Of a stretch of DNA of 64,000 nt, positions 35,228 to 45,609 are shown piece by piece. This DNA comes from Gammaproteobacteria bacterium (GTDB lineage: Bacteria > Pseudomonadota > Gammaproteobacteria > GCA-001735895): positions 38,678 to 102,677 of the forward strand of contig JAUVCH010000001.1 in the NCBI GenBank assembly GCA_030595795.1. The letters run 5' to 3'. Made by a program: the position numbers and the translations under genes. The notes below the pieces were generated by a model. The model made no database searches and was not told where the DNA came from. It saw nothing but the letters and a program-made list of their open reading frames with translations. The stretch's first letter is position 1. Every line of letters starts with the position of its first letter.

Positions 35228-36886
35228 ATGGAAAAAATATGGTTGAAAAGCTACCCACCAGGTATGCCGGAATCAATCGATATCGATGCCTATCAGTCGG
35301 TAGCCGATGTATTTGAACAGGCAGTAAAAGAGTATGGTGATCGGCCCGCGTTTAGCAATATGGGCACAACCTTAACTTATAACGAACTCGATAAATTAAC
35401 TGCTCATTTTGCCGCCTATCTGCAAAATCTTCCAAATATGCGCAAGGGTGATCGTGTTGCGATAATGATGCCTAATGTATTGCAAAACCCCATTGCCATA
35501 TTCGCCGCATTGCGCTGCGGATTTACTGTTGTTAATACCAATCCGCTTTACACGCCACGCGAACTGAAGCATCAACTAAGCGACTCTGGTACAAAAGCCA
35601 TTGTTGTCATGGAGAACTTCTGCCATACCCTGAAAGAAGTTATTGATGAAACGCCGATACAACACGTAGTTACTACCCAGTTAGGGGATTTGCTGAAATT
35701 TCCGAAATCCCTGATTGTGAATCTGGTTGTCAAATACGTCAAAAAGATGGTGCCGGCATTCACGCTGAATCGCGGTGTAAAATTTAAGACGGCTTTAAGT
35801 AAAGGTGCCGGTCAGGAATTTACCCGTGTGCAAAGTACCCATGAAGATATTGCGTTTCTGCAATATACCGGAGGTACGACCGGGGTAGCCAAAGGTGCGA
35901 TGCTGACGCATCGAAATATGGTTGCGAATATGCAACAATCTTCGGCCTGGATTAAGGATGTTGTCGAAGATGGGCAGGAAGTGATAATCACCGCGCTACC
36001 GCTCTATCATATATTTTCTCTAACTGCTAATTGTCTCACTTTTATGAAGGTCGGGGCACTTAATTATCTGATTACCAATCCGCGTGATATGCCCGGATTT
36101 GTGAAGGAACTAAGCGGGGTACCCTTCTCTGTTATTACGGGCGTTAATACATTATTTAACGGACTATTGAATACGCCGGGGTTTGATGAAATTGACTTTT
36201 CACCATTAAAACTCACACTAGGTGGGGGTATGGCGGTGCAACAGCCTGTAGCGGAACGTTGGGAACAGGTAACTGGCGCACCCATACTGGAGGCTTATGG
36301 CCTGACGGAAACCTCCCCTGCAGTTTGTATTAACCCACTGAATTTGTCTGGATTTAACGGTAGCATCGGCTTACCAATACCGTCGACCGAGGTTTCTATA
36401 CAGGATGATAAAGGAGTAATCATGCCGCAGGGAGAAGCCGGTGAGCTTTGTGTTCGTGGCCCCCAGGTCATGAAAGGCTACTGGCAGCGCGATGATGAAA
36501 CTGCAAAAGTAATCTCAGCTGAAGGCTGGCTTAAAACTGGCGATGTGGCGAAGATGGATGCCAAAGGATATTTTCGTATCGTCGATCGTCTCAAGGATAT
36601 GATTATAGTTTCTGGATTTAATGTTTACCCGAACGAAATCGAGGCCGTGATTGCCGGGCATGCTGGTGTTCTTGAGGTAGGAGTCATTGGTGAACCCGAC
36701 GAAAAGAGTGGAGAGTCAGTCAAAGCCGTTATCGTCAAGAAAGATCAGTCAATTACAAAAGAAGATATTATTAATCATTGTCGTGAAAATTTAACTAGTT
36801 ACAAAATTCCAAAAATAGTAGAGTTCAGGAAAGAATTGCCTAAGACTAACGTGGGTAAAATCCTAAGACGTGAACTGAGAGGCTAG
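35228..36886 (+). CDS. fadD: Long-chain fatty acid-CoA ligase
   Basis: LQYTGGTTGVAKGA, YGLTETSP, TGD, ELPKTNVGKILRREL. Confidence 0.9.
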   Translation: MEKIWLKSYPPGMPESIDIDAYQSVADVFEQAVKEYGDRPAFSNMGTTLTYNELDKLTAHFAAYLQNLPNMRKGDRVAIMMPNVLQNPIAIFAALRCGFTVVNTNPLYTPRELKHQLSDSGTKAIVVMENFCHTLKEVIDETPIQHVVTTQLGDLLKFPKSLIVNLVVKYVKKMVPAFTLNRGVKFKTALSKGAGQEFTRVQSTHEDIAFLQYTGGTTGVAKGAMLTHRNMVANMQQSSAWIKDVVEDGQEVIITALPLYHIFSLTANCLTFMKVGALNYLITNPRDMPGFVKELSGVPFSVITGVNTLFNGLLNTPGFDEIDFSPLKLTLGGGMAVQQPVAERWEQVTGAPILEAYGLTETSPAVCINPLNLSGFNGSIGLPIPSTEVSIQDDKGVIMPQGEAGELCVRGPQVMKGYWQRDDETAKVISAEGWLKTGDVAKMDAKGYFRIVDRLKDMIIVSGFNVYPNEIEAVIAGHAGVLEVGVIGEPDEKSGESVKAVIVKKDQSITKEDIINHCRENLTSYKIPKIVEFRKELPKTNVGKILRRELRG

Positions 36887-36923
36887 CCTATGTGGCTATA
36901 AATCTCGCGAGTAAACTCCGGAA

Positions 36924-36942
36924 AGTGTTCCCCGCGAACACT
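36924..36942. terminator. Short hairpin between convergent fadD and DUF1244 genes
   Basis: AGTGTTC-CCCGC-GAACACT; no T tract. Confidence 0.35.
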
Positions 36943-36957
36943 ACCGTCTCATTGGGT

Positions 36958-37275
36958 TTATTTGTGACCGCTTATGACAGCATGCATGGGTTTGGTCGAT
37001 TCGAATAGTGCTTTCTGCTCGTCACTCGCAGGTGTTTGGTGGTTACTCTTCCATTCATCTATACTTATGCCATACACCTCTTCTTGCGCACCGGAATAAT
37101 CGATTTCAAGCCCCTGTTTTTTGGCTTCTGCGGCGTACCATTTGGCCAGGCAGTTGCGACAGAAGCCGGCCAGGTTCATTAAGTCGATATTCTGTACATC
37201 AGTACGGTGTTGAAGATGCTCGATGAGACCGCGAAACGCAGCGGCTTCAATTTGTGTTTTTTGATCTTTTGTCAT
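36958..37275 (-). CDS. DUF1244 family protein
   Basis: EAAAFR, RTDVQNIDLMNLAGFCRNCLAKWY. Confidence 0.85.
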   Translation of the reverse strand: MTKDQKTQIEAAAFRGLIEHLQHRTDVQNIDLMNLAGFCRNCLAKWYAAEAKKQGLEIDYSGAQEEVYGISIDEWKSNHQTPASDEQKALFESTKPMHAVISGHK

Positions 37276-37341
37276 AATGAATTAGATACCTATAATGGAT
37301 CGAAAATTTAAACAGAGAAAGCTTCTCCAGTCCAATTAATA

Positions 37342-39435
37342 ATGTCAAATTTAGCAACACCTTATGCGCCTTGCGTTGACAACATAACAGCCTGGTTTGA
37401 AACGCTCCTTCAGCAGCTAGACAATGCCCATCAGCGTGTTCTGGTTTCCTGTCAAGGTACAGAGGATTGGTGTGACACGATGGTGGATGCAGTTATTCCA
37501 CAGTGCAGGAGTCGATTAGTATTATCAAACCGGAATCTGTCGGCGGAATCGGTGCCATTTGGAAAATCTGAAGTATTACTGGGACAGGAAGCCCATGTGG
37601 TGATAGTTGATTTATTTCGGGGATTGAACCCGGACGTTTTATGCATTGCTGGCGGGCTAGTGAAATCGCCTGGCATACTACTGTTGCTTTCTGATAAGCC
37701 GACAGCCTGGACCCAGGTAGATGATCAATATGCAATATGGCAGAATCAGTCCAGGCCTGACAAAGCTCTATTTGTTGATTTCTTTTTTGACCAAATTAGC
37801 AAGAAGCCAGATGTCGCTATGCGCTTATGCGAAGGAGATATCCTTCCCACCTTAACTCCGTTACCTGTTGGGAAAGAAACGGCAATTACAAAGGGAAAAA
37901 CTGCTGAACAGGTAAATCTACTACAGGAAGTAGCGGGCTGGTTGCAGCGTCCCAAACAAAGAATCGCATTGATCACTGCAAACAGGGGACGCGGTAAGAG
38001 TACTGGTCTTGGAATTATTGCCGACGAGCTGGTGAACCGGCAAAAGCTATCGGTTTGCGTCACTGCCTATTCACGACAATCAGCGGCGATGCTGCTCGAA
38101 CAATTCGATGCGGCCAGCTTCGTTAGCCCCGATCAGTTGATCGAGAGCCCGGTCGATGCAGATGTATTAATCATAGACGAAGCCGCGATGCTGCCTTATC
38201 CCATGCTAGCAAAACTCACTCGGCAATTTAAGCGCGTAATAATGGCGACCACGACCGGTGGCTACGAGGGCACGGGCGGTGGTTTTATGCTTCGATTTGT
38301 GGCGAGACTGGCATCCGAACAGATATTGCGACTGGAGCTAACTGATCCTGTGCGCTGGTCGGTGAACGACTGTCTGGAAAACTGGTTAGATGAGACTTTG
38401 TTGTTATGCCCGGGTTTACCTGAGCCGAAGAATGTGGGGGCTACCTTGTTACCTGATAGCTCTCGGTTTCGATACCGTATCCTGGAACGCGAAGAAAGCC
38501 AGCAGAATACCTCCCTGTTACTTAGAATCTATCGATTAATGGTATCGGCGCACTACCGCACCAGGCCATCGGATTTGCGCGCTTTGATGGAAAACCCCGA
38601 TTTGTTGCTGGTGCTTGCCGAACTCGATGGAGAGTTGTTGGGTGTTGCGCTGCTAAACCGCGAGGGTGGATTTGATACGGGGCTTTGTCGTCAGGTCTTT
38701 TTAGGCCAAAGGCGGCCCAAAGGCCATTTGCTAGCTCAGATTTTAACCGCACAGGCAGGCGCGAAAAATTTCGCCAAATTTAGCGGATTACGCATACAAC
38801 GTATCGCCGTGCATGAAGCCTGGCGACGTCAGGGAGTCGGACGACAGTTGATATCGATAGCTGACGACTATGCTCGCGAGCATTCGTATGATTACGTGGG
38901 CGCCAGTTTTGCGTTCGACGGCCAGTCTTCGGAGTTTTGGCGAAATACTGAATTTAATCTGGTTCACATAGGCTTTGGGCAGGGTAAGTCGACTGGCAGT
39001 CATTCTGTGGCGGTACTCAGAGCATTGAATCCAGCTGTTGATGAACTTATTCGCAGTCTGATGAATAGGATTCATATCGGTCTTCCGCTTTGGTTGTGTC
39101 AATATTTGCGAGCTATGGATGTAGAGAGTGTCGTCGCCTTAATTCGTTATTGTCAATATTCGACGCAGTTCAGTGACATCGAGCTCGATGAGATTGAGGC
39201 CTTTACAGAGGGACACAAGGGGTTTGAGCTTAGTTTTGTCAGTTTGCAGCGTTTCGTCATGCAATCGATTGCTGGTCTCCCCGATAATTACCCCGTGCAT
39301 CCCTGGTTGATCGAAAAAGTAGTGCAAAATTGTGACTGGAAAATGTTAAGTTTGGACTCAGAAATAGATGGAAGAAAATCAATCCAGAATAAATTACGCG
39401 AACTAGTAAAACATTTGCAACTAACTAAAGGGTAG
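37342..39435 (+). CDS. tmcA: tRNA(Met) cytidine acetyltransferase TmcA
   Basis: TANRGRGKS, IDEAA, GYEGTG, AHYRTRPSDL, RRPKGHL, GNAT motif RIAVHEAWRRQGVG. Confidence 0.85.
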   Translation: MSNLATPYAPCVDNITAWFETLLQQLDNAHQRVLVSCQGTEDWCDTMVDAVIPQCRSRLVLSNRNLSAESVPFGKSEVLLGQEAHVVIVDLFRGLNPDVLCIAGGLVKSPGILLLLSDKPTAWTQVDDQYAIWQNQSRPDKALFVDFFFDQISKKPDVAMRLCEGDILPTLTPLPVGKETAITKGKTAEQVNLLQEVAGWLQRPKQRIALITANRGRGKSTGLGIIADELVNRQKLSVCVTAYSRQSAAMLLEQFDAASFVSPDQLIESPVDADVLIIDEAAMLPYPMLAKLTRQFKRVIMATTTGGYEGTGGGFMLRFVARLASEQILRLELTDPVRWSVNDCLENWLDETLLLCPGLPEPKNVGATLLPDSSRFRYRILEREESQQNTSLLLRIYRLMVSAHYRTRPSDLRALMENPDLLLVLAELDGELLGVALLNREGGFDTGLCRQVFLGQRRPKGHLLAQILTAQAGAKNFAKFSGLRIQRIAVHEAWRRQGVGRQLISIADDYAREHSYDYVGASFAFDGQSSEFWRNTEFNLVHIGFGQGKSTGSHSVAVLRALNPAVDELIRSLMNRIHIGLPLWLCQYLRAMDVESVVALIRYCQYSTQFSDIELDEIEAFTEGHKGFELSFVSLQRFVMQSIAGLPDNYPVHPWLIEKVVQNCDWKMLSLDSEIDGRKSIQNKLRELVKHLQLTKG

Positions 39436-39440
39436 GCGAT

Positions 39441-39980
39441 ATGTACCAGGATTTAATCGATTTCTGGTTTAGCGAAAAGGTGAGTCGGTACTGGTTTAAT
39501 TCTACCGAAGAGTTTGACCGCCAGTTGTTTGAAGACTATGCCGAACTGTGGCAGCAGGCTGCCGATGAGGCGCTGACCGAATGGCAGGAGAGTGCGTCTG
39601 GTAGCCTGGCACTGGTTATTTTGCTGGATCAATTCCCACTGAATATGTTTCGAGGCGAGGCTAAGTGCTTTTCGACCGAAACGCAATCGCGCGAAGTGGC
39701 TCAGGCAGCGATTGATCGAGGCTTTGATATTGATATGCCGACGAAACAAAAGGCCTTCCTGTATATGCCTTTCATGCATAGTGAAAGTCTGGACGACCAG
39801 GCGAAGGCCTTATTATTATTTGATCAACCGGGTCTGGAAGATAATTTCCGGTTTTCCAAACACCACTACAGTATTGTCGAGCGATTTGGACGTTTCCCAC
39901 ACCGAAACACCATTCTTGGTCGGGATAGCACCAATGCCGAGATTGAATATCTGAATTCCAAAGAGGGCTTCCAGGGTTAA
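39441..39980 (+). CDS. DUF924 family protein
   Basis: FWF, ILLDQFPLNMFR, FLYMPFMHSE, RFGRFPHRN. Confidence 0.9.
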   Translation: MYQDLIDFWFSEKVSRYWFNSTEEFDRQLFEDYAELWQQAADEALTEWQESASGSLALVILLDQFPLNMFRGEAKCFSTETQSREVAQAAIDRGFDIDMPTKQKAFLYMPFMHSESLDDQAKALLLFDQPGLEDNFRFSKHHYSIVERFGRFPHRNTILGRDSTNAEIEYLNSKEGFQG

Positions 39981-39985
39981 ATGTC

Positions 39986-40801
39986 ATGAAAATAGTCTCG
40001 TTTAATGTCAACAGTATTCGACAACGCCTGCACCAGCTCGCCGAAGTCATCGATCGGCACCAGCCCGAATTTATCGGTTTGCAGGAAACCAAGGTTCAGG
40101 ATCACGAATTCCCTATGGCTGAAATTGAAGCACTCGGTTATCAGGTTATTTATATGGGTCAGAAAACGCATTATGGCGTCGCCCTGATGTCTAAAACACC
40201 CTGCCTCAATCCCAGTTATGGCTTTCCGGGCGATGATGAAGCGGCACAAAAGCGTTTTATAGGCGGTGAATTTTTGATTGAAGGGCGCAAAATCCAGGTT
40301 TTTAATGGTTACTTCCCCCAGGGAGAAAGTCGTGATCATCCGGTGAAGTTCCCCGCAAAACGAAAGTTTTATAGCGATCTCGAATCGTTTCTAGATCAAT
40401 TTGACTTGCAGTCGACTAATCTAATCGTTATGGGAGATTACAATATCGCGCCACAGAATGAGGATATCGGTATTGGCGAGGATAATGCCAAACGCTGGTT
40501 GAAAACGGGCAAGAGTAGTTTCCTTCCAGAAGAGAGAGAATGGTTTGAAAGCTTGCTGGCGAGAGGTTTATACGATGGTTTTCGACTCTGCCACGCAGAT
40601 GAAGATCGTGTGTTTAGCTGGTTCGATTATCGTAGTAAAGGTTTTGACCGTGAACCGCGTCGAGGCTTGCGTATCGACCATTTGTTAGTTTCTCAACCTT
40701 TGAAAGCTAGCGTGGTAGGTGCGGGAGTAGACTATGATGTCCGAGCGATGACAAAACCTTCGGATCACGCACCTGCGTGGATAGAATTGCCATGGGAGTA
40801 A
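39986..40801 (+). CDS. xthA: Exodeoxyribonuclease III
   Basis: SFNVNSIR, GLQETK, YFPQGE, GDYN, FSWFDYRS, RIDH, SDHAP. Confidence 0.95.
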   Translation: MKIVSFNVNSIRQRLHQLAEVIDRHQPEFIGLQETKVQDHEFPMAEIEALGYQVIYMGQKTHYGVALMSKTPCLNPSYGFPGDDEAAQKRFIGGEFLIEGRKIQVFNGYFPQGESRDHPVKFPAKRKFYSDLESFLDQFDLQSTNLIVMGDYNIAPQNEDIGIGEDNAKRWLKTGKSSFLPEEREWFESLLARGLYDGFRLCHADEDRVFSWFDYRSKGFDREPRRGLRIDHLLVSQPLKASVVGAGVDYDVRAMTKPSDHAPAWIELPWE

Positions 40802-41085
40802 TATAGGCGGCCAGGAAAAAATCCAACAGGCTATTGTGGTTTAGGCGGCACCGGAGTATTGTGTTGATAAAATTTTTAGAAAAGCTGCATAAGTAAATAA
40901 TAAATAAAGAAATATTAAGATTATTCCCTGGCAATTTATTTCGAATTTCGTGATATGAGGAAAATGCGTAAAATCCGATTTACATCGGTTAGCCCTAATT
41001 ATTGGTTGTTCCCAGTTTGGGAATGTGCACTATTATATATTTTGGGGGTGGATAGGGATTATCCGATAGCGGCCAGATAACCCCG

Positions 41086-43794
41086 ATGATCAAAAAACAC
41101 TATAGTTTAAAACTAATCGTAGCGATTGCCATGATTGCTATGATAGTGCTTGTTTATGCGCTGGTATTCCTAAGTGCGCAAACTTATCGAGAGCTTGCAG
41201 TCGATAATCAAACCGAAGCGTTGCAATCTCTGCTCGCAATAAAATCCCGGGATATCATCGACGAATCTCGTGATGAACAACGTGATTTTGCTTTTACTAT
41301 GCAAAGTCAGTCGCAATTTTTAAAAGCGCTGGATCAGGCGGATAATATTCGGCTAGAAGCCTGGATGCTTCAGTATTTCGCTGAACAGATTGAGCTAGAC
41401 CCCCAGCTGAAATTAAAAGTGATCGTTGTGAGGGATTTGCGTGGTGAAGTGATATCTCAAGCTAGTGATACCGATTTACTTGGCTTCCATGGTTGTCCTG
41501 CCCAATTGACTTCTGCAGGTCAGTTATTTACCACCGAACTCAAACCAAAATTTACCTTATGCAAATTTGAATCTCGTTACTATAGCGAGGTTATGGTGCC
41601 GGTTAATCGATTTAAGCCAATTGCCTATATCCAGATACTGGTCGATATCGTCGATAGATTAAAACAACTGGAAGATGCCATTGATTTACCCCTGGTGATA
41701 TCAACGTTTAAAGGGGACGAAATTTATCGCTCCGAACAATGGCCGGGGACTGAAGAAAATCGATATTTGAATCCAGCGCATCGCGTGTTTACCAGCGATA
41801 ATCTTTCAGGTATTGATATTGCCGCTTCATTTGATCAACAGCGATTTATCAGTCGTCTTGGTCGGACTGAAACCAATCTCCTGATATTAGCCAGTGTTTC
41901 GGCGACGGCTGTCTTGCTTCTCGTGTTAGTAGGGCTAGTCTTTGCTTTTCGGCCGTTGAATAAATTACGCAATTCCGTAGGTGCCATGCTGACGGGTAAA
42001 TACGGGAGGATTGATGTCGAGCATTTACCGAGCGAATTACACGATTTAATTCTCGCCTATAACGAAATTGTCGAGGGACTTGAAAACGAAATAATATCTC
42101 GGCGTCAGGTTGAAGAAAAACTGAGATCAGAAAAGGACTTTATTTCTACGACTTTAAATTCGATACAAAACCCGGTCATAGTAATCGATTCGAAAGAGAA
42201 GATTAGATTACTTAACCCGTCTGCTGAAATGTTTTTAGGTGAAAAAGAGGGTAAATTAATCGAGAAATCAATCCACGAGATTTTGATTTTATATTCGAAT
42301 GAACAAACTACACGGATTATCGATATTACTCAGTTACTGTCTCAGAAGAAAACATGGACCACAATGTTCTATCACCATCCAGATCGAAGAGTGGTCGAGC
42401 TGGAATTTCTGGCTTCACCGATGATCGATCTCGAAACCGAAGACGTCGGCTTTGTCATAATTTTAAAAGACGTTTCAGAGGATCGACTATTACGCAGGAA
42501 ATTGAATTATGAGGGTAGTCACGACCAGTTAACCGGAATTCTGAATCGGACCGCATTTGAGCAGAAGTTTGAAACGGTTGTTGTCGAAGGTAGTGGATCG
42601 CATCAGCACGTGCTGGCTTATCTCGATATAGATCAGTTTAAGGTGATTAACGAGACCTGCGGTAGTGCTGCCGGTGACCGCCTGTTAAAGCAGGTAGCAG
42701 AGGTATTAATCTCGCATGTACGCCGGTCGGATATCCTGGCACGACTCAGTGGTGACGAGTTCGGTATTATGATGCCATATTTTGAAATTGAGCCCGCGCT
42801 GGAGGTGATGCAGAAAATAATTATCGATATCCAGCATACAGGCTTTATCTGGCAAGAAAGGGAATACCAGGTGACCGCCAGTATTGGTATCATGCAGTTC
42901 GGGCGTATGCGCGATGAGTTTCCTGATTTCCATGCAAAGGTAACCACGGCCTGTCATCTGGCAAAAGAAAATGGTGGCAATCAATATCATTTTATAGATG
43001 AGTTCGATGAAAAAATTGAAGCGCAGCAGCAATCTCTGGAATGGGTTTCAAGTATTCTGGAGGGCTTTAGTGAAGATCGCTTTCGCCTGTATGTGCAACC
43101 AATTGTATCGATTAATCCCGATGAAGATTTTTCTCATTACGAGGTGTTGATTCGATACCGCAGGGACGACGGTACCATCGTCGAACCCAATGACTTTTTA
43201 CCCCCCGCAGAACGATATAATTTAATCGAAAGAATCGATTGCTGGGTGGTTAAAAGTATAATTAGCTGGTTGCAGAAAAACCGAGAACAGGTCAAAGGCA
43301 AGGTATTTTCTATCAACTTATCCGGTCGTAGTATCGGTTCCGATACTTTCCACCGTTTTTTGAACGAAAGTCTGACCAATAGCGAGCTTGATTTAGGGAG
43401 CCTCTGCTTCGAAATTACCGAAACGGCGGCCGTGGATAATATCGATAAATCGGTTGAATTTATTACTTCGGTCAAGAAATTTGGCGCCAAGATTTCACTC
43501 GATGATTTTGGCACGGGACTGTCGTCGTTCAGTTACCTGAAACAGTTTCCGGTAGATTATCTAAAAATCGACGGCGAGTTTATTCGCGATATTATCGATG
43601 ACGACAAAAGTTTCGTATTCGTGCGGTCGATGACCGAATTAGGTCACTGTCTCGACATGAAAGTAATTGCTGAGTTTGTCGAATCCGACGAGATGTTTGA
43701 TCGACTACGCGATGCTAATGTGGACTACATACAGGGTTATACAGTCGGTAGACCCGTTGATATCAAGACGCTATTGGAAGATAAGTCCGAATAA
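41086..43794 (+). CDS. Membrane-anchored PAS-GGDEF-EAL c-di-GMP enzyme
   Basis: Two TM segments, HAMP-like region, PAS, HDQLTG, RRSD...SGDEF, EVLIR, FEITE, LDDFGTG, KIDG, QGY. Confidence 0.85.
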   Translation: MIKKHYSLKLIVAIAMIAMIVLVYALVFLSAQTYRELAVDNQTEALQSLLAIKSRDIIDESRDEQRDFAFTMQSQSQFLKALDQADNIRLEAWMLQYFAEQIELDPQLKLKVIVVRDLRGEVISQASDTDLLGFHGCPAQLTSAGQLFTTELKPKFTLCKFESRYYSEVMVPVNRFKPIAYIQILVDIVDRLKQLEDAIDLPLVISTFKGDEIYRSEQWPGTEENRYLNPAHRVFTSDNLSGIDIAASFDQQRFISRLGRTETNLLILASVSATAVLLLVLVGLVFAFRPLNKLRNSVGAMLTGKYGRIDVEHLPSELHDLILAYNEIVEGLENEIISRRQVEEKLRSEKDFISTTLNSIQNPVIVIDSKEKIRLLNPSAEMFLGEKEGKLIEKSIHEILILYSNEQTTRIIDITQLLSQKKTWTTMFYHHPDRRVVELEFLASPMIDLETEDVGFVIILKDVSEDRLLRRKLNYEGSHDQLTGILNRTAFEQKFETVVVEGSGSHQHVLAYLDIDQFKVINETCGSAAGDRLLKQVAEVLISHVRRSDILARLSGDEFGIMMPYFEIEPALEVMQKIIIDIQHTGFIWQEREYQVTASIGIMQFGRMRDEFPDFHAKVTTACHLAKENGGNQYHFIDEFDEKIEAQQQSLEWVSSILEGFSEDRFRLYVQPIVSINPDEDFSHYEVLIRYRRDDGTIVEPNDFLPPAERYNLIERIDCWVVKSIISWLQKNREQVKGKVFSINLSGRSIGSDTFHRFLNESLTNSELDLGSLCFEITETAAVDNIDKSVEFITSVKKFGAKISLDDFGTGLSSFSYLKQFPVDYLKIDGEFIRDIIDDDKSFVFVRSMTELGHCLDMKVIAEFVESDEMFDRLRDANVDYIQGYTVGRPVDIKTLLEDKSE

Positions 43795-43797
43795 TAT

Positions 43798-44796
43798 TTA
43801 TTTGGGTAGCGTTGCCTGCATCTGCTGGAAACTGGGGATTTTACCCTCGGGCAACATCGCCTTACGCTTATCGTGATCACGCGTTGATACCACTTCTTTT
43901 ATCGTATCAATATCCAGATACGGTGCTAGCATGTGGAGAAAATCGTACTGAAATGTTGAAATATGACGGGAATGTCTAAAGCCAACCTTGATCAGGCTGT
44001 CAGGAAACAGATGACTGGCATCGATGTACACCAGGTCAGAGTCGTTCTGATTGCAAGCCATTTCGGCAATTATCCCTGCGCCTAGTCCGAGCCGGACATA
44101 AGTTTTAATGACATCCGAGTCGGTCGCGGTAAACGCGACTTTGGGTTCCAGGTTAGCGGCCTGAAAGGCCTTATCGAGTTGCGAGCGGCCGGTTAAACCG
44201 AGCATGTAGGTTAAAATGGGAAATTCTGCTAACTCCGATAATGAAATCGTCGCCATGCGTGTGAGTTCGTGGTTATTAGGCACCACGATGTATCGATTCC
44301 AGCTATAGGCTGGGATGGTGATCAACTCACCTTGCTCATCGATCACTTCAGAAGCGATGACAAAGTCGACCTGATTATTAGCCGCGAGCTTGCACATGGA
44401 CTTTGGATTGCCCTGATGAACCCTTAGTTCTATATGCGGATATTTTTCTGAAAAGCGTTGTAATATTGGCGGTAAAATAAATTGTGCCTGGGTATGTGTA
44501 GTGGCAATAGTCAGGCTGCCTCGATTGCTTTTACTAAATTCGCGTGCAGCCTGTTTTATATTTTTTGCGTTGTTGAGCAGGTTGGTGACATGCTCGAGGA
44601 TTGCCTCGCCCGCAGGTGAGATATTGGTGAGTTTTTTCCCGGAGCGTTCGAAAATCTGAATATCAAGTTCGTCCTCGAGTAATTTGATTTGATGACTGAC
44701 GCCTGGCTGGGAGGTGTATAACTCTTCGGCTGCCGAAGAAACATTTAAATTGTTACGGACCACCGCGTCCAGAAAACGAAGTTGTTGCAATTTCAC
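43798..44796 (-). CDS. cysB: CysB/Cbl-family LysR regulator
   Basis: MKLQQLR, LYTSQPGVS, ATTHTQA, DSDVIKTYVRLGLG; GTG start. Confidence 0.85.
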   Translation of the reverse strand: MKLQQLRFLDAVVRNNLNVSSAAEELYTSQPGVSHQIKLLEDELDIQIFERSGKKLTNISPAGEAILEHVTNLLNNAKNIKQAAREFSKSNRGSLTIATTHTQAQFILPPILQRFSEKYPHIELRVHQGNPKSMCKLAANNQVDFVIASEVIDEQGELITIPAYSWNRYIVVPNNHELTRMATISLSELAEFPILTYMLGLTGRSQLDKAFQAANLEPKVAFTATDSDVIKTYVRLGLGAGIIAEMACNQNDSDLVYIDASHLFPDSLIKVGFRHSRHISTFQYDFLHMLAPYLDIDTIKEVVSTRDHDKRKAMLPEGKIPSFQQMQATLPK

Positions 44797-44895
44797 CCTA
44801 GTTTAAATCCTCTTTACTATCGAATTCGCTAATACCGAACCCAAATGAGTTTACAAGGAAATAAACGCATGACAACTGCTTTTTCAGGTTCGGGG

Positions 44896-45609
44896 CTATT
44901 TTGACTTTCTGGCCGAAAAATCAATCGATTTAACCCTGGGGGTTAATTGCACTTCGTCAAATACGATATTGTCATCGCTATCGAGGATATGCCCAATTAG
45001 CGCGGCGACCTGCTCTGTGGAGATCGCGTTTTCGGGCTGCTCGGCTGGTGCAAAACTCAATTCATCAAAAAAGGGACTGCGTACCATACCGGGATTGATC
45101 AGGGAGACCTGAATACCATCGCTAGCGCAGTCCTCTCGTAAGGCTTGACAAAAACCACGTAGGCCGAATTTGGCAGCACTGTAAATTACACCTTTTCGCC
45201 CAGCAGTCAGACTCGATTCCGAACCGACAAAAATCAGTTTCCCGGATTGTCGCTGTCTAAAGGTAGGGATTAGCTGTCGGCAGAGAACTAATGCGCTAGT
45301 TAAATTTACCTGGATGGCGCGTTCGATTTGGGCGACTGAAAATTGTTCGATAGAGCCAAATTCACCGTAACCAGCGGCGTGAATGAAATAGTCGAATGCC
45401 TGTTGTTTCAACAATAGTTTTAACTGACTGTCGGTTTCATTCGAGTCGGCAAGGTCGAGGGCAACAGCAGTAAAATTTTTACCCTTCAATTCGGCGACTT
45501 GACCGCGTCGGCTGATGCCGGTGACCCCGATTCCTTTATGGAGTAAAAGTTGTGCAGTAGCAAGCCCAATACCCGAGCTCGCACCCGTAATTAAAGCCTG
45601 TTTATTCAT
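44896..45609 (-). CDS. Short-chain dehydrogenase/reductase
   Basis: TGASSGIG, YSAAKFG, INPG. Confidence 0.9.
   Translation of the reverse strand: MNKQALITGASSGIGLATAQLLLHKGIGVTGISRRGQVAELKGKNFTAVALDLADSNETDSQLKLLLKQQAFDYFIHAAGYGEFGSIEQFSVAQIERAIQVNLTSALVLCRQLIPTFRQRQSGKLIFVGSESSLTAGRKGVIYSAAKFGLRGFCQALREDCASDGIQVSLINPGMVRSPFFDELSFAPAEQPENAISTEQVAALIGHILDSDDNIVFDEVQLTPRVKSIDFSARKSK

Noticed and set aside
36925-36936. GTGTTCCCCGCG, identical to the start of type I-E CRISPR repeats
   Set aside because: Single 12-nt match that forms part of a local hairpin; no further repeats, spacers or cas genes.
40802-41085. AT-rich intergenic region as a possible ncRNA or mobile-element scar
   Set aside because: No recognisable riboswitch, terminal repeats or stable long structure by eye; consistent with an ordinary promoter region.
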